This document shows, one piece after another, positions 26,980-44,304 of a DNA stretch of 64,000 nucleotides. The notes below the pieces were generated by a model. It searched no databases, was not told where the DNA came from, and worked only from the letters and a program-made list of their open reading frames with translations. How positions within the stretch are numbered: the first letter of the stretch is position 1; each line of letters opens with the position of its first letter. The position numbers were made by a program, and so were the translations under genes. This stretch comes from Lama glama (Eukaryota), in contig CM052817.1 in the NCBI GenBank assembly GCA_028534125.1, positions 50,904,001 to 50,968,000 of the forward strand, read 5' to 3'.

Positions 26980-27125
26980 TATATATTTTGTACATTAGTG
27001 CGTGAGGAAGAGTCAGGGCCCATGTCTTATCTCTTGTGTTCACTACCATATGCCCAGGTCTGGAACAGTGCATGGCACACAGGAAATACTTCATGTGCTT
27101 GCAAATGCTTGAATGTGTGAATAAA
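26980..27125 (+). mobile_element. L2 3' end fragment
   Basis: cagggcccatgtcttatct...ctggaacagtgcatggcacacagga...ttgaatgtgtgaataaat. Confidence 0.65.
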
Positions 27126-29683
27126 TATAATGTAAAAGTTAAAAAAAGAGAATATTTGATTGTCACGTAAACACAGAATAGTCAATTATCTTTATTTTTA
27201 AAACTATTAAAGGTAAAGTCTTTTGATATTAAAAAGGCACACAGTCTTCAATTAGTCTCAATATGTATAGAATATCTTTTTTCTCTGTTTTTAGGTACGT
27301 TTTCCCTCTCCTCTAACTTCAATGAATACTATAATTCAGAGTGAAAGTAAAACCATTTTTTGATATAATTCCATAGAATCTTTCAACATTCTATCTCTGT
27401 GGGTAAATTCAGGAAATGGTTGCAACTTAGAATTTGGTCAAAAACTTTGTCTAGGTATTCTTGCCAACTTATTTTAAAATAAGATAAATGGATTGATAAA
27501 CACTGATATGGAAGTACAGACCAGGGATGTTTAACCAAATGAAATGGAACAGAGGAAGGATGAACATCAGATGTGTAAGAAAAGATTCCAGAATTGAGGA
27601 GGAAGGTGTTAGGTTTCAGAAATGGGATTTTCAGCAAAGGAAACTGTGCAATAGTGGGATGACAGGTTGGCTCACTTTTGGTCATGCAAGTAGTCTAAAA
27701 GAGCCTGAGGTTATGAGGGCACAATCCCGTGGAACTCTGTCACAAGGATCAGGAATTGGGATACTATTTTATGGCTGAAAGAAAGCCACTCGAAGAATTT
27801 CGAGTATGGGTTACTTTCTGGAAATAGCATTCTGGCAACAACCTTGAAAATGCTACAAGGAATAAGGATACTGGTTAGGAGACTCTTGAAATAATCTGGG
27901 CACAAGATCTGATAGCCAGATGTAAGGCATTTAGAGTGAGAGAGGATATAACAGAGCAAGAAAGGTTAACAAAAACTCATTTGTCACTGAAAAAAGTTAG
28001 GAGACTGCATTAATGCAAGAGAGAATATCCACATTCATAATTATAATGCTCAAATATGCTCATAATTATAAGAACTCATGAAATAATTGAAACATGGAAC
28101 AGACAGCCTTGCTCTTAAAAGCCATTTCAAGTGATCTTCAAGAGGAAATGGTTTTCAAATGACCATTTGGTATATTAAAAGGTTAAACAGTCAATATAAC
28201 AGTAAATTAATTTTTAAAAATATCTTTTGAAAAACGATTAAATCAATACTATTTATTCATGGAAATTCTTACATATTTATCCCAGTGAATTGCCAACTTT
28301 TGGATTATATGCCTTATTAGTGAAAAGTTTTAAATATTCTATTCCAATATATGTTTATTAACTTCAATTAGCTGTATACATACAACACCAAACTAATAAA
28401 TACTTATATTGTAAAAATACATTAAACATAGTTAAGCTAATGAGGTGAGGCCTATGTACATAAAATATTTAATGATACTTTTATTATAATATTTCTGTTG
28501 TGAGCAAATGATTATTTCATGATTTTTGAAAATTTGGATTTATCCTTTTAGGGATCTTTTGCAAAGTCCATTTTTTAATATAATATTTTTACTGATAATC
28601 ATAGTTTAAGAAAGAAAATTACCTTACAAAAATGACATGGAAAAAGAGGCACCTTAAATTAAATGCACTTATTAAATCATTATGATGATTTTTCAATCTC
28701 ATTGTCCAATTATATACAGATTTTTGCTGAAATACACATAGAAAATGTCTATTTTCCCTGACCCTGGAGTTCTTACAAACTAAGATATTGCATTATTTTT
28801 ATATTTTTACCAAATAAATTTAAAAGCACTGAAATTTTTACTTTAGAAGCTTTGTAGCTTCTAAATCTTATTTCAGTGTTTTGAAATTATCACATATAGG
28901 TGGCACATAATCATTTTTGGTAACAGAATCATCTAAAGATGAAAAAATTTGTAAGCATCTATTTTTAAAATTAGTCTCTCCATAGAAAAACTTTCCTTTG
29001 GATAGTAGTTACCTTCTCCCCTAATATTAAAATGCCACCTTTATATTGAAATGACAGATTAACTGTCTATTCTTTTTGAATATAACTGCTTGGTAGCAAA
29101 CTGCTGACTTATAACAGAAAAGGTCAGCAAATTTGAAATACTTACTTATCTCTTTGTAAAATGGAAAAAAAAAATGAGTGGGAGAATGGAAACTGTGAGT
29201 CCTCTTTAAACTCAATCCATTACATTACAGATGACCTTAGAATTTACTATTTAAAAATATTGTTTCCAAAAAATATTTAACCATATTAGAGGCATCTTAC
29301 ACATAAAGAGTACAATATATTGTAAATTTCTGCTATGGAAAGACTGAGTCCATCATTATCAAACCTTTATAATTACACAGCCTTCCTTTAGGAATCCTTT
29401 CCCATCAGAAGTGAGAAGTGACTGACAGAAATGTGGACCTGGGGAGGGCATCAGTGTCACTCCATTCATTGACTGTTAGTAAAGCATAATTACTTTCTTA
29501 TTTTTGGTCAAATATAAGTAGGTATTACATTATTTCTTTTTCTCATTTAATCATATTTCCACACAAGAAGATTTCAAATCAAGGATCAGAAAACATTTAG
29601 TCACTAACTAAAAGCCCTCATTGTTCTGCTAGTGACATGGGTGATATAGAAATCTCTGGTTCTATCAGAAACTACAGTCACAT

Positions 29684-30148
29684 GTGGGATTCCTAAACTT
29701 TTGTGTGTACCGTGTATCCCTTTGCTGTCAGGTAAAGATTGCATGCCCCTTTTAAAATAATGTTTTTAATTGAAAATAACAAAATGCATGCAATTATAAA
29801 GGAAAGTAGTTATATTGAAAATTAGCTATAAAAATTTAAAAATCAAAACAGAGTAATATATCTGCTTTTTTATGAATGTATTAACCAACAAGATCTAGTG
29901 GTGGTTTCAATAGCAACTGAAATTTTTTAATGATAAATGCAAATACACTTTCATGAATAGTCTGTAATTTATATTGATTACAAATTCATAAGCATTAATA
30001 CTACTATAGTCTATTATCCATGTTTATAATGCAGGGCAATGTTAATTTTCAGTTAAAGGTTAGTGAAAACATAAATATAAGCAGTATTTTCCCATCCTGA
30101 TTCATGGACTGCCTGACTTCTATTCATAGATTCTGGGTTAAACCCCTC
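29684..30148. mobile_element. hAT-Charlie DNA transposon remnant (Charlie4a-like)
   Basis: Degenerate termini gggattcctaaacttt and ctgggttaaacccct. Internal aataatgttttta...tatattgaaa and ttttcccatcctgattcatggac match the recalled consensus. Confidence 0.7.
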
Positions 30149-30460
30149 TAACAGAAAACTCATCAGGTGAGAATATCAAAGATGTAACATTCTGGGTTTA
30201 GTGACAACTAGTCATGCCACAAAAATTAGGTAGAAGAGAATAAGTGTAAAAAGGCAAAGTGTTTCATTTTTACAAAATAAGTAGAATTGTAGTTTCTCCC
30301 AACTTCAATAGCTTTTGCTCATGTTTAGATGGCGATATGGATGGACAGAACATGGAAAGACATGTTTTAAACATCAACTACTTTCCTTCTCTCTTGGTTC
30401 TTCTGTTTTCTCTCATAGCCATCTACCTTTATTTCAAGGAATAAGAATTTCTGAGTCATC

Positions 30461-30463
<3 letters not shown>

Positions 30464-30512
<49 letters not shown>
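30464..30512. repeat. (AC)24 microsatellite
   Basis: Uninterrupted AC run. Confidence 0.98.
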
Positions 30513-30514
<2 letters not shown>

Positions 30515-33500
30515 TGGAAGAGGTTTACAAATACCTAAGCTTTTAGGGAATCAAAGGCAATTCAGGATATAACCAATATGTCCTGAAATTAAGTCTTAAT
30601 GGGTAGCAAAGAAATACCTACGAGATTATTGGACAAGAAAGACTTGACCAAATCATGCCAGTGGTAATTTGGGTGGACGACTAAAACTATGTCTCAATGG
30701 ATAGCCAAGGACCAGCTGGGTCCCACATCCCCTTCTGCAAAACAGACATACCTGAATCCTGCTCTGTACTACTGCTACTGTTCCTCACAGAATTATAAAA
30801 TTAAAAGATAATGTCAAATGGAAGCCAAGCCAAGCCCTCCACTGTAGAAGCCTCTGGAAGTTTGGAGCATGGGGCCTGTTTCTCCCCACCAAGACAAACC
30901 TGAATTTTGTCACAGTGCACTCAAACATGTGCAGAGACCAGGGTCTGCAGAGTCAGCTGGGGCCACAATGCCCACACCTGCTCAGGAACAGGAGCCTATC
31001 ATGCACCTAGGAAGCTGAACAGTTACTCCTCCTTGTCTAACTGGTGTGAACAGAGGAGAGTGATCCAGAAGTTAAAGGAGAAAAGTTGGGGCCTTTTCTC
31101 ACCCTTAAGCACATATGGAATAAGGTCTAGAATTCATAGTTCCATCTATACCATTTTAGAATCTATGAATTAATACACTGACTTTGTGTGTAGTTTTGCA
31201 GAATATATAGCAGGTTTGGATTGCTGACTCTCTTACCCTTCCTCTTAGATAATCACTATTTAACATTAAAAAAATCCTTAATGTAATAAGCACATGACAG
31301 TACTAAATTTAAAAATGCATAATAAGTTTTTCTTTGAAGCCTTCTATTGTGATTACAGATTTGGCAGAAATATTTGCTGGAATGGAAAGGGAGCATGCAC
31401 TTAAAACCTGATTTGGTGAAATAATCAGAAAGAAAAGAAGGTAAAAGAATAGATGAAAAGCTCTTTAGTGAAGGCCTTACATGTTTTACTTCTATCCTAT
31501 TTACATATTTGGTTTTCTTTTTTATCTCTGTAAGGGAATTTTCCTTGTTGAAATATGTTACACTGTTCGTTGGATCCTGAAACTGCTGCTGAAGTCAGAT
31601 GACAACCATTTGCAGTTCCTGGCACCCCAATCCCCTGCTGTCAGGATTGTAAACGATGCTACTTTTCAACAAAGCAGTGATCCAGTGAGGGGATTAGAGG
31701 CATGAATTTTAACTGACAAAATATGAGTTTGAAGTTAACAAGAGGCTTTTTCAGTGGCTATGTTCAGAGAATACTGTTGCTAGCAAGATTAGAAGTGCAG
31801 CTGTTGCTTTTATTTGTCACTGTAAGTGGAAATCACCAAATACCTCATCAGCTAGGTTTGAAGACCTAATGGGATAGTCAAGTGTGAATGAGTTTGTTCT
31901 GTCTGTCTATATTGGCTTCCACCTGATCAGAGCATGCTTTTACTCTCAAGAATAACTGAATAATTGTTGCTGGGGGAGGGGGGAAGGACTTACCACTATG
32001 ACTAACAGAGAGCCTTTATATCATCTAAATTGGATCTGCTGTGACAATCCGTTATTCACCACACCACTATATATATGCTGAATTTAAGCATAAAGTTAAT
32101 GTATGGTTGTAAGCAGCAAGCTCTCCCCTCTCTCTCATAGTTTTCATCAGGCAGATGTTTCTTCAAGTTTTTGATGAAATTAAATATGTATGTATTTTTA
32201 ACAAATCACTCAATTTTTTTCTTTTTTTTGGTTGAGATTTAATTTGATTCCTTTACGTAATCTTTGTGCCAAGGAGGGAAGTTTTCTTCTGCCAAGGCCA
32301 CACTGGTCTCCTAACTCCAGGAACTGTGTGAGCCAAGCAGATAAGTGAGAGAAGAGATTGGCCTTGTATCAGTATGAGGGGTGGTGCCCTCAGGGCCTGG
32401 CCTGTGGTTTGGAGATGATCAACAAAGAAGCAAGTATACATCAGGACTGAAAGGTTAGTCAGGGTTCCAGCTGGAATTGGCTCCCTTTATTTTAGTTGAA
32501 GAAATTCTATTTCTTTTAAAATGTACTATTTTTATTAATGCACACATTCATTTAGTGTTTATGAAATTGTTTCTTGTGGATGCTGGATTCTTTTTGTAAC
32601 AATTTTGATCCCATAACATGGTTGCTCAATGGAAAAGGTGGTACTTATTACTTAAATGATACACTGACTGAGAATTAGGTGCTTAGTAGTTGTTTTTGCA
32701 TCATCTAATGACATGATTTGTATCATATCTTTAGTGTTGCAACTAAGCAACAGAGAACCATAGGCTGCTGTGTGATTTTCCAACTGCAATGAAAAGTTTA
32801 ACAAATACTCAGCTGTCACCCATAGTACTTCTTAGTATGTCCAGTTAAATCCTACTCATTCTTAAGATAACAGTTCAATGAGATTTTTATATCTAAACTT
32901 TAGGCACCTTTGGTCATTTCCACTGCCTAGAACTTTGATAGTTAATTGCTTACCTAAGTAAAAAAAAAAATAACATTAGTCTATACCTCTGTCCAATTGA
33001 ATGAAGAAGCTATTTCTTCTGTTTTCCCTCACTTTTTAGTAGAATGCATGATATATGGTAAGGATTCAATAAATATATAGATTTATTAACTAAAATAGTG
33101 AATTTATTAACATTGCTTCTCAGGAAGCTTATATCATAGTGGGGAAAAAGGTAAAACACTAATGTAAACATAATTCAATACACAATGAAAAAAATAAGCA
33201 CATGCTGTTACGGGAAAACAGTAGTGAAATTCAGAACTCAGTTTGGTGACTTCTAGAAAAGGCTTTGAATAGAAAACCTGTCTTGAACATATTCCATCCT
33301 CTCCAGCTACCTCATACATCCTTGCTGTATCCGTCAGATTGTCTCTGGCACATAAACATATTCATTTTTTTCTCATCTTAAAACAACTATCCCAAGCACC
33401 ACTCCGAAACTTACTTAATTTGGATATAAAAGTAAGATCTCTTCCACTGGGATGGGAGGAAAGATGAAAGGAATGATCTTACATAAAAGTAAATTGTGTG

Positions 33501-33959
33501 GAAAGGAAGTGAGTTGCGACAGTTTCTACATTATCTTTTCTTCTCCGATGGAATGTAGTCAAGTTTATCCCTGAAAGTGAAGAGAGGGAGGTTTAGAAAA
33601 ACACTAAAGATTTGCAGCATTTTCTGAGCAGAACGTGACAAAAGATTACTGCATTATATGGAACAATTTTCAAGATGAACTCTAGACCAAACTGGATGTG
33701 AGTATTCTGTGCTTTTTACTAGCACTACTCCATCCAAATGCCTACGTGATTTTTTTTTCTCCAGAAATGCTATTCATTTTTTAAAAAAATTATTGTATTG
33801 GATAAAATCTTTAAAACGATTTAAACAGTTGGAGAAATTTGTTTTAACTTCACTGAGAATTGTGTGGAGTTTAATATGGCATTTGCAGTTTGTACAGAAA
33901 TTTTATCTTTTATTTTGATATACTTAATCCCTTCCAGGCATCATTTAACAAGTTTTTTT

Positions 33960-35110
33960 TTTCAAAGCATAAGTGGCTGTAATAGGTAATTATGCATTAT
34001 TGAATGCTTTCTAGTGCTTACTGATATTATTATACTTTTCCCATAATTCATGAATAGATTGAGCTATGTAAATAAAACTTGAATATTGAATCGTCCTTCT
34101 CTTTCTAGGTTGAAACAAACCTAATTGACCATGGTCTGTGTTCATCACTGTTTGATTTGTTTAACAGTGGTCTTTTGTGGAATTTTTCCATTTGTATTTG
34201 TAATATAGGTCTAAATTTTGTTTTTTTAATATTTTGTTTCCTCTTAGTATTCTTTATCTATTTGGTTGATTTAAGCTTAGTTTCAACCTATCCCTAACCC
34301 AATGAATTGAATGCTGACCTCATTAATTGCATTTGGAATGACTTTTGCTATAATTTACCTGTAAGACCACTAGGATTTTTTTTTGATGTTTATTATTGAT
34401 AAAGTTTTTCATTTCTTCAGGGCAATCAGTCTCTATTCTTACCTCTTGCTGAGAGAGTTGTATTAATTTCCAGTTGCTTCCAAGGGGGTAAAAACTATTT
34501 TGTAACTATTATCAAAAGCATTTATCCAAAGTTATAGTAATCTACTTTAGATGATGTATTCTCTTTGAATTTGTGGCTTATTACCTTTATCATTTGCAGT
34601 GTCATATATGTATGTTTTTCCTTTGTGTTCTTCATCTGCCAAAATTGGATTGTGGGGTTATCCTTATATTTTCAAAGAAAATGTATAAATCCAATATCTG
34701 ATAATTCTATTGGTGTTTTCCAAGCTAGTTATTTTTCCTGTTGTCATTATTTAAAAATATCTTTTTCCAAAATACTTGAGTGGAAGGTTTAGTTTATTTG
34801 TAGTCAGTGTAACTGAAGACTATGAAAATTTCTCAGAATACTGCTTAATCTGCATTTTAAAAAAATTTAAGTCTGTAAATAACTGGAAATTGATGCTTCC
34901 ACTTCTGTGATCTAATGGTTATTTTGTTCTTTGGAAAAATCTGTTTATTTTAAAGTTAGTTTTGCTAATAACAAGTTTTATCACACTGGTGTTAGATGAA
35001 TCCAGTAAATTAGATTTGTACTTACGTAAGTAAAGGTGTGTACGTAAGCATGGGGAAGGGGGAGGCAGCTAATCAATTTTGATAATGTATGTGTTTGAGA
35101 GAAATATTCA
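33960..35110 (-). mobile_element. Very old L1 ORF2 remnants (L1ME-like)
   Basis: T-rich antisense L1 text, e.g. ttgaatgctttctag, atattgaatcgtccttc, aatataggtctaaattt. Heavily decayed. Confidence 0.5.
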
Positions 35111-35519
35111 TCTTTACAGGGTAAGTATATGTTGCCATTCATATCATATTTCTTGTTTTGTGTCTGTCTAGTGAACTGGAAGTTTTATTTCTTTATTTTC
35201 ATTCCACTGCTGGTTGTAAGAATGAACACCATTTCTATTTCAATATTAATATATAAAGATTCAACTATAGATGTGCTTACATCTACTCCTATACAAAAAG
35301 AAAACATCTTTACTGTATTTTAACTTTCCTGCCACCATAGGAAAGTTATTTCTGGTATTATTGTTAACATTGTGCCATTTTGATTTTGCTTTCTTTGAGA
35401 ATTATATTGTATATCACAGATTACTTATCAAACATTATATAGGTATAAAAATATTGTCAAAAGCTATAGTATTTATTATAATTTAAAATATTGTTTACGC
35501 CCTTGCCTGCTTAGAATAC

Positions 35520-35700
35520 AATAACCTATTCAACCTTTATGACAAACCTATAAGCCAAATACTATTAACTCCTTTCTTTAAATATAAAGAAGTAAGGAAA
35601 AGAGAAGTACAGTAAATGGCCAGGGTAACACAGTTGGTATGAGATAGAACTGGAATTTGAGTGGGTGGGGATACTTCTTTACCAAAAGTCCTGTTACACA
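35520..35700 (-). mobile_element. MIR SINE
   Basis: agagaagtacagtaaatggccagggtaacacagttggtatgagatagaactggaatttga. Confidence 0.7.
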
Positions 35701-36979
35701 TCTTGCTACCGTGTATCACAGCTTAGTATTTTCATATAGATTCTAAAGGTCTTGTTTGCTCACTTATTTTTCCTGTATATTAAATCTATCAAGAAATGCA
35801 CGTTTGACCATAGCTTCTAAAAAGGCATAAACTAAAAAATTTTACATTGAGACACAGATGCAGATAAAGGGAGATTGCTAAGTATTTACAAATTCAGTTC
35901 CAAACCCTAGATATCGGGCTTGTTTGTCCTGGTCTGCTGAAAGGCAGATTTCTGCTTAGTGCCATTATAAAATGTCTCTGTATGCTAATTGAGAGAGAAA
36001 AAATAACAAGCTTCCATTTAATAGTCTTTCTCTGAACTGGTAAATATTTCTCTCCAAAATGTGGCTAAATACCCTTCAACTTGGATGTGCCTTAAAGAAG
36101 TCAGTGAGGAGACAGGTATTTACCCACTTGCACCCTTATCCAGCTATATACCTTACATCTATGACTATTAGCTACTTTGAAAGTAAACTAACTTTAATGC
36201 AGCATGTTACCAAACTTATACTGTGGTCATCCTCAAACTGACCACAGTCTTTGTGGCTACCTATATCAGTTTTATTCTGGTTCAGTTTTCTTAAAGTTGG
36301 AATGCTTCCTGAAGTAGTCTGTTTTAGAGAAGTTGTATGGGTGTCATATATTCTGTGATGTGGCAAGTTTAGAAATGTCTTTCTTTCATCTTTACACGTG
36401 AAACATATAAATAGGGTTTACCACACTTATTCTTGTATCTTCAATAGCTTATATTGTGGGAAGGAAATGGCAGACTCTTTTCCTTTAGCTATTTTTTTTC
36501 TGTTTACAAGCTTATAAAATGCTCACTGTATTCTTAAATTCAGAAATTTCAGAAATATAAACAGATTATTTAGATGTGGATCTTTCAAAAAAGCCTCCCT
36601 TGGCCTAAGTGAGCTGCTTTGGTTGCCAGTGGGCTGCTATAAACTCTGTGTAGTGTATTGGAAAGGAACTGGCTAATGAAGCTAGATAACCAGGAGAGTA
36701 GCCTGGTTATCTCTAGGCTCCAGTTCCCTCCAAGCACCTGCACAAGCATGGACAGTGGTAAGATCAGTGTTGCACTTTTTTTTCAGGCTCTATCTGGCTC
36801 AGATAAGAATCTGATGATTCTGGCCTGAAGGTGGTGCCCTTTTGAGTTTTGATAATATAATTATGTTTTAATGTGAAAAGAGATGATCCTACAAAATATC
36901 TATCTGTCCCCTATATAGGCCTCACTTCAGCTACCATATGTACCCTCCTTCTAATATTGCTCAAAAGTAAGTCTTTCTT

Positions 36980-40057
<3,078 letters not shown>

Positions 40058-40185
40058 TAAGTCTTTAAATTTAAACACATAGTGAAAAGCTTTCATTAAA
40101 AATGAGGTCACTTTTGTTTCAGTGTACCTTGAACTGAGTCAATGTTACCAAAGATCTCATGCTGGGGGATACATTAAGGGCGACA

Positions 40186-40775
40186 TGTACAAATCAGGCC
40201 AAGGCTAAATTAATTAGTTTTTTAAAGGGAATGATGTAATACAGGATATTGTTTACATAGTAGGAAGTCCAAAGGGCATAAAGGGGATGCTGAGTTTACC
40301 CAGAGATTATTAACTGCAGGAAGAGGCTACCACCCTTAGGACTGGGAAGCCAAAGCGAAGAGGGGGACTTGCCAGAACCTAGGAGCTTAAAGAATGGATC
40401 CTGTAGGGCAGTGCTTAAACCTATGGAGAGGAGTATCATGTGTCTGACATGTAGGCCTATGACGAAGGGGCACCCACAACTGTAGTTCCAGCTGCCAAGG
40501 TCACAATGCTGCTGGTCCCTCTGAGGGACCTCTTTGTGGCTAGTGAGATAAGATCCAAAAGACAAGCTGGCTGCTCTCTTTTGATGACACTCACTGTCTG
40601 GAATAAATGACTCCCTTCCTGAATTTAGTTTCAGTCTCCCAAGCTTCCCTTGGCAGAAATTAACAGTAAACTAGCTGACACAGATCTCTAAGAAATGCAG
40701 TTTCTAGAATTCTAGACCCAGCAACTCTGCAGAGTGTAGATTCAGAACTAAAATCCAATCATGGACACCAGTACA
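40186..40775. mobile_element. Solo ERVL LTR (LTR33-like)
   Basis: TGT...ACA termini; taactgcaggaagaggctaccacccttaggactggg matches the recalled LTR33 motif. Confidence 0.65.
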
Positions 40776-41383
40776 CAGTCATGTCAGTGAGAAGAAAGTT
40801 GGCAAAATTGAAGGGGCAGAAAAATTGAAGGGGCACAGAGGATATTTGTATGTTACAAGATATAATCAACAGCCACAATGAAAGTCTATCCATTGATCAC
40901 AAGATTACTGCCTCACTAACATTTCTTATGGACCAGGCTTGCAAGGACTGCTTACTGTTAGTCAGGAAGCAACATAAGCCAAACTTTATAAAGAGCAAGT
41001 GAGGCTAGAATAACCTAGAAGAAATAAACCTTACAAGAGACGCTGTGCATGCTTTAAAGTTAACTTCAACTCTCCAAGTCCAATTTCTAGCACTGATGTT
41101 GGCATGTTTCACAGTTAAAATACAATGTACAACATGATACAATTCTCATTAAATACAAAGGAAAGGAAAGAAACTATTGAATCTTTTAGAAATATCAAGG
41201 ATAAACTTAGAGGGAATCCAAGAGCTTCAAGGAACTGATTCTAGACACGAGATCCCAAAACAGTATATAGTATTCTGGACTTCTAGATAAGCATTCACTC
41301 AAAAAAGAACTCTTATCTCTTAAATTGTGAGCAATATGTACTAAGGTAGGAAAAAGAGTGATCGTTTTTTGTTGTTTTTTGGC

Positions 41384-41412
41384 TATGTTTTTTGTTTTGT
41401 TTTGTTTTGTTC
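41384..41412. repeat. (GTTTT)n simple repeat
   Basis: Visible pentanucleotide run. Confidence 0.75.
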
Positions 41413-42699
41413 TATATTTTTTGCTTTTCTTCCATACTGATTAAAAAAACTTTTCAGTATAATTTCTGATTAAAAACAAAAGATAGCTCAACAACTTGAC
41501 AGTAAGATTTCCATGGAGCAACAAGGCATGGTCTTCTCTGCATTTAACAAAGAAGCATCGGTTTCATTTACTGGATGCTGTGAGGTCCTAAATACAGTAG
41601 AACACCCTGTTCTGTTTTGCTCATTCACAAACCCCTGTTTATTTCAGTAACATACATTATAATGGACTTTTCTTTTCTGTCAGCCTTACTGGAATATAAG
41701 CTATGTATAGACAAATGTCTCCTCTCACTTGTTTAATAAAACAGTCTCCTCTCATCATCCATCAGAATATCTAACATACCAAACAGTAGTATGTATTTGT
41801 TGAAACAAGCAGAATATCCACATATGCCATACTTAGTATATTAGAAAAAAGCTTAATAAAAATCTGAAATCTGTACACAGATTTATCAACATTTATACAA
41901 GAAAGAAAGAATAACTGTGGGAATTTAAAATTATAGAGATTAAAGTAACCACTAAGGGCATTAGAAAAAACAAATCATAGAATGTGGCAGGTACTGACTG
42001 GATTATAAATGAAAACTTATGGATAATTTTACAAAATAGAAAGTTGTTGATGTAATATAATTTCTTATTGAAATGGAGGAAGGGCACCACAAAGGGAGCA
42101 TCTAAAGATAAAAATGTAGCGAATTTCTATTGAGAGCACAAGTTCAATTTGATAATTTTAAAAATCTAATAGATCATCACTATTAAATACTCAGAGAACT
42201 GAGTCAAACAATCAATAGTCATTTGTTTCAGTTTTCTGCTGCTTGTTAGTATGGTCCAAGTAATAGGACCCCAAATTTGTAAATTGCAGTGATAGGAAAG
42301 CTGAAATCTGGAAAAAGAAAACAACAGCTGTTCCAATAAACCCATCTGGACATCAGTGTATTTCTGCAATAGATAAATGATTCAATGAAAGTCATGTAGA
42401 AAAATTTGAAACTATATTAGCTGTTTCAGGCCACTGTGATATAATTTAAGGTTTTCAACTTCAGTGAGCTAAGCTATATAGAGATGGTGCCTGTTTCATT
42501 AAATACAACTTCTTGCCAGGCATTCTTTGGTGCAAGCAAACACTTAAAACCACATTATATTACTTGTTCCAAAACATTCTGTTGCTTCTAAAAAATAGTT
42601 TGTCTAAACACCACATAGACTGTTCCATGAAACAGAAGAAAAAGTAGTTTTAGAGATATTCAAGTACAGGAGGAAAAGAGACAGTAGAGTTAAACATAT

Positions 42700-42846
42700 C
42701 ATGATGGTGTCAATTAGCAGCTGTGTGAAATCGTGCCAGTTAACGTTTCTGAACCTTCCTCTCTATTTGTTAACATCCTTATAAAGTTACTATTAGAATT
42801 AGATAATACCCACATGCCTTGCATAGCAGGCACTTAATAAATGGTT
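42700..42846 (+). mobile_element. MIR fragment
   Basis: ttagcagctgtgtga...gttactattagaattagataat...gcatagcaggcacttaataaatgg. Confidence 0.55.
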
Positions 42847-44304
42847 TAACTATGTGAAGAAAATTTTACAGAAGTTTTAAAATTCTTTATTGTCCTATTT
42901 TTGAGGCAGTTTGGTTTTTCTTATAATTTGCTAATGTATTATTGATTGCTGAGCAATGAAGAAATGTACTAAAATGCAAAGGCAACTTGGTGGGTACTGC
43001 TTGCTGATGAACTCCATTAGAGACTACTAAAATACTGAAACCTGCACTTCTAAAATCTAATGATTCACCACCATATTAAAAAAAAATTGGGTTTTACCAC
43101 AAAGATCAGAAAACATTAAACCTCAACTCCTTCAAAGAAGTTACTGAGGCTTATTTTAATGTAACAGTGCCTAAAGCGCAATACTAGGTGCAACACAAAT
43201 GAAGATAAGCTAGTGCCTATTTGGTTAAAAGCTATCTACCAACAGGTGTCATATGAACACTGAGGGAATTTTTTGGACCAATTACCACACGGATAATTTG
43301 TAAATTCCAAGTGGCATTAGATGTCATCACTAAAAGCCATTTTAAGTTCAATAAGATTAACCCAACCCAAGCAATTTTTGTACTCTTCATGCATATTTTT
43401 TCAGACTGGGAGATCACAGAAATGCTATATGTAATTGCCATGAAGATTTCAGCATGAGTGTTTTACAAATCTTTCCTGGCAGCCTTGTAGACAAAACACA
43501 AAAACAGGCTATATGTATTTATAATTAAGTAAATATGTAATTTCAATAATTTTGCCTGGATCAGTATCAATCTGAGGGAAATTTTAGGCATGCTTTCAAT
43601 TGATAATATGCAACATTTGTACAAATCATATTAATAAAGAAGTGTGTATGAATTATTGGCTCTCCCAGAGCTGGCAGAAGTATAGAATTCATGGAGTAAA
43701 ACAGCTATGATTCATCTTTATTTTGTTAGGCTAGGGAAATGATTTAATAACAACCAAATAATTTAATAGATATTAAGTTAACATCTTCAGAAAATTCTTC
43801 AATGACCATCAAGACTAACTTAGGTGGTATTTTTGTATGTTTCATGGTATATTTTATGCCTTTTTAAAATGACATAATTTATAATGCTTAATTATTGGTT
43901 ATTATTTTAATATCTTTTTTCTTAAGTATGTCTCCTTGAGAACAAGAACTAGTTTACTTTTGTAAACTTTTGTTCAAATCTTAATCTGTCTGCCTAACCC
44001 AACAACCCCGTACATGGTAGGTACTTAATGTTTATTGATTAACTGTATATAATTTTAGACATAAGTCTTTTACATCTTATTATGCATACTCTAATATTAA
44101 TCACCTCTCTCTGTTAGAACCTATAATAGGTTTTTAGAATTAAAAATACATGAAATTTTGTTTGTTTTTAAGGCTTTATCTTCTTGTGCTGATCATACAT
44201 AAGTCTGCCGTGAAGACCATGTCTAAACTCAATAAAAATACATGAGGTCCATGAGATCTGTTCTTTGTATTTGAATATTTGCTAGAGTTCAGCATTAAAG
44301 TTGT

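Noticed and set aside
27275..27300. Plus-strand recursive site (tttttag|gtacgt)
   Set aside because: The donor is not the consensus GTAAG/GTGAG and the motif is expected by chance.
29146..29151. 6-nt minus-strand microexon (ttttacaaag|AGATAA|gtaagt)
   Set aside because: The AAG acceptor is weak, there is no nearby UGC motif and no host gene is known; it cannot be distinguished from chance.
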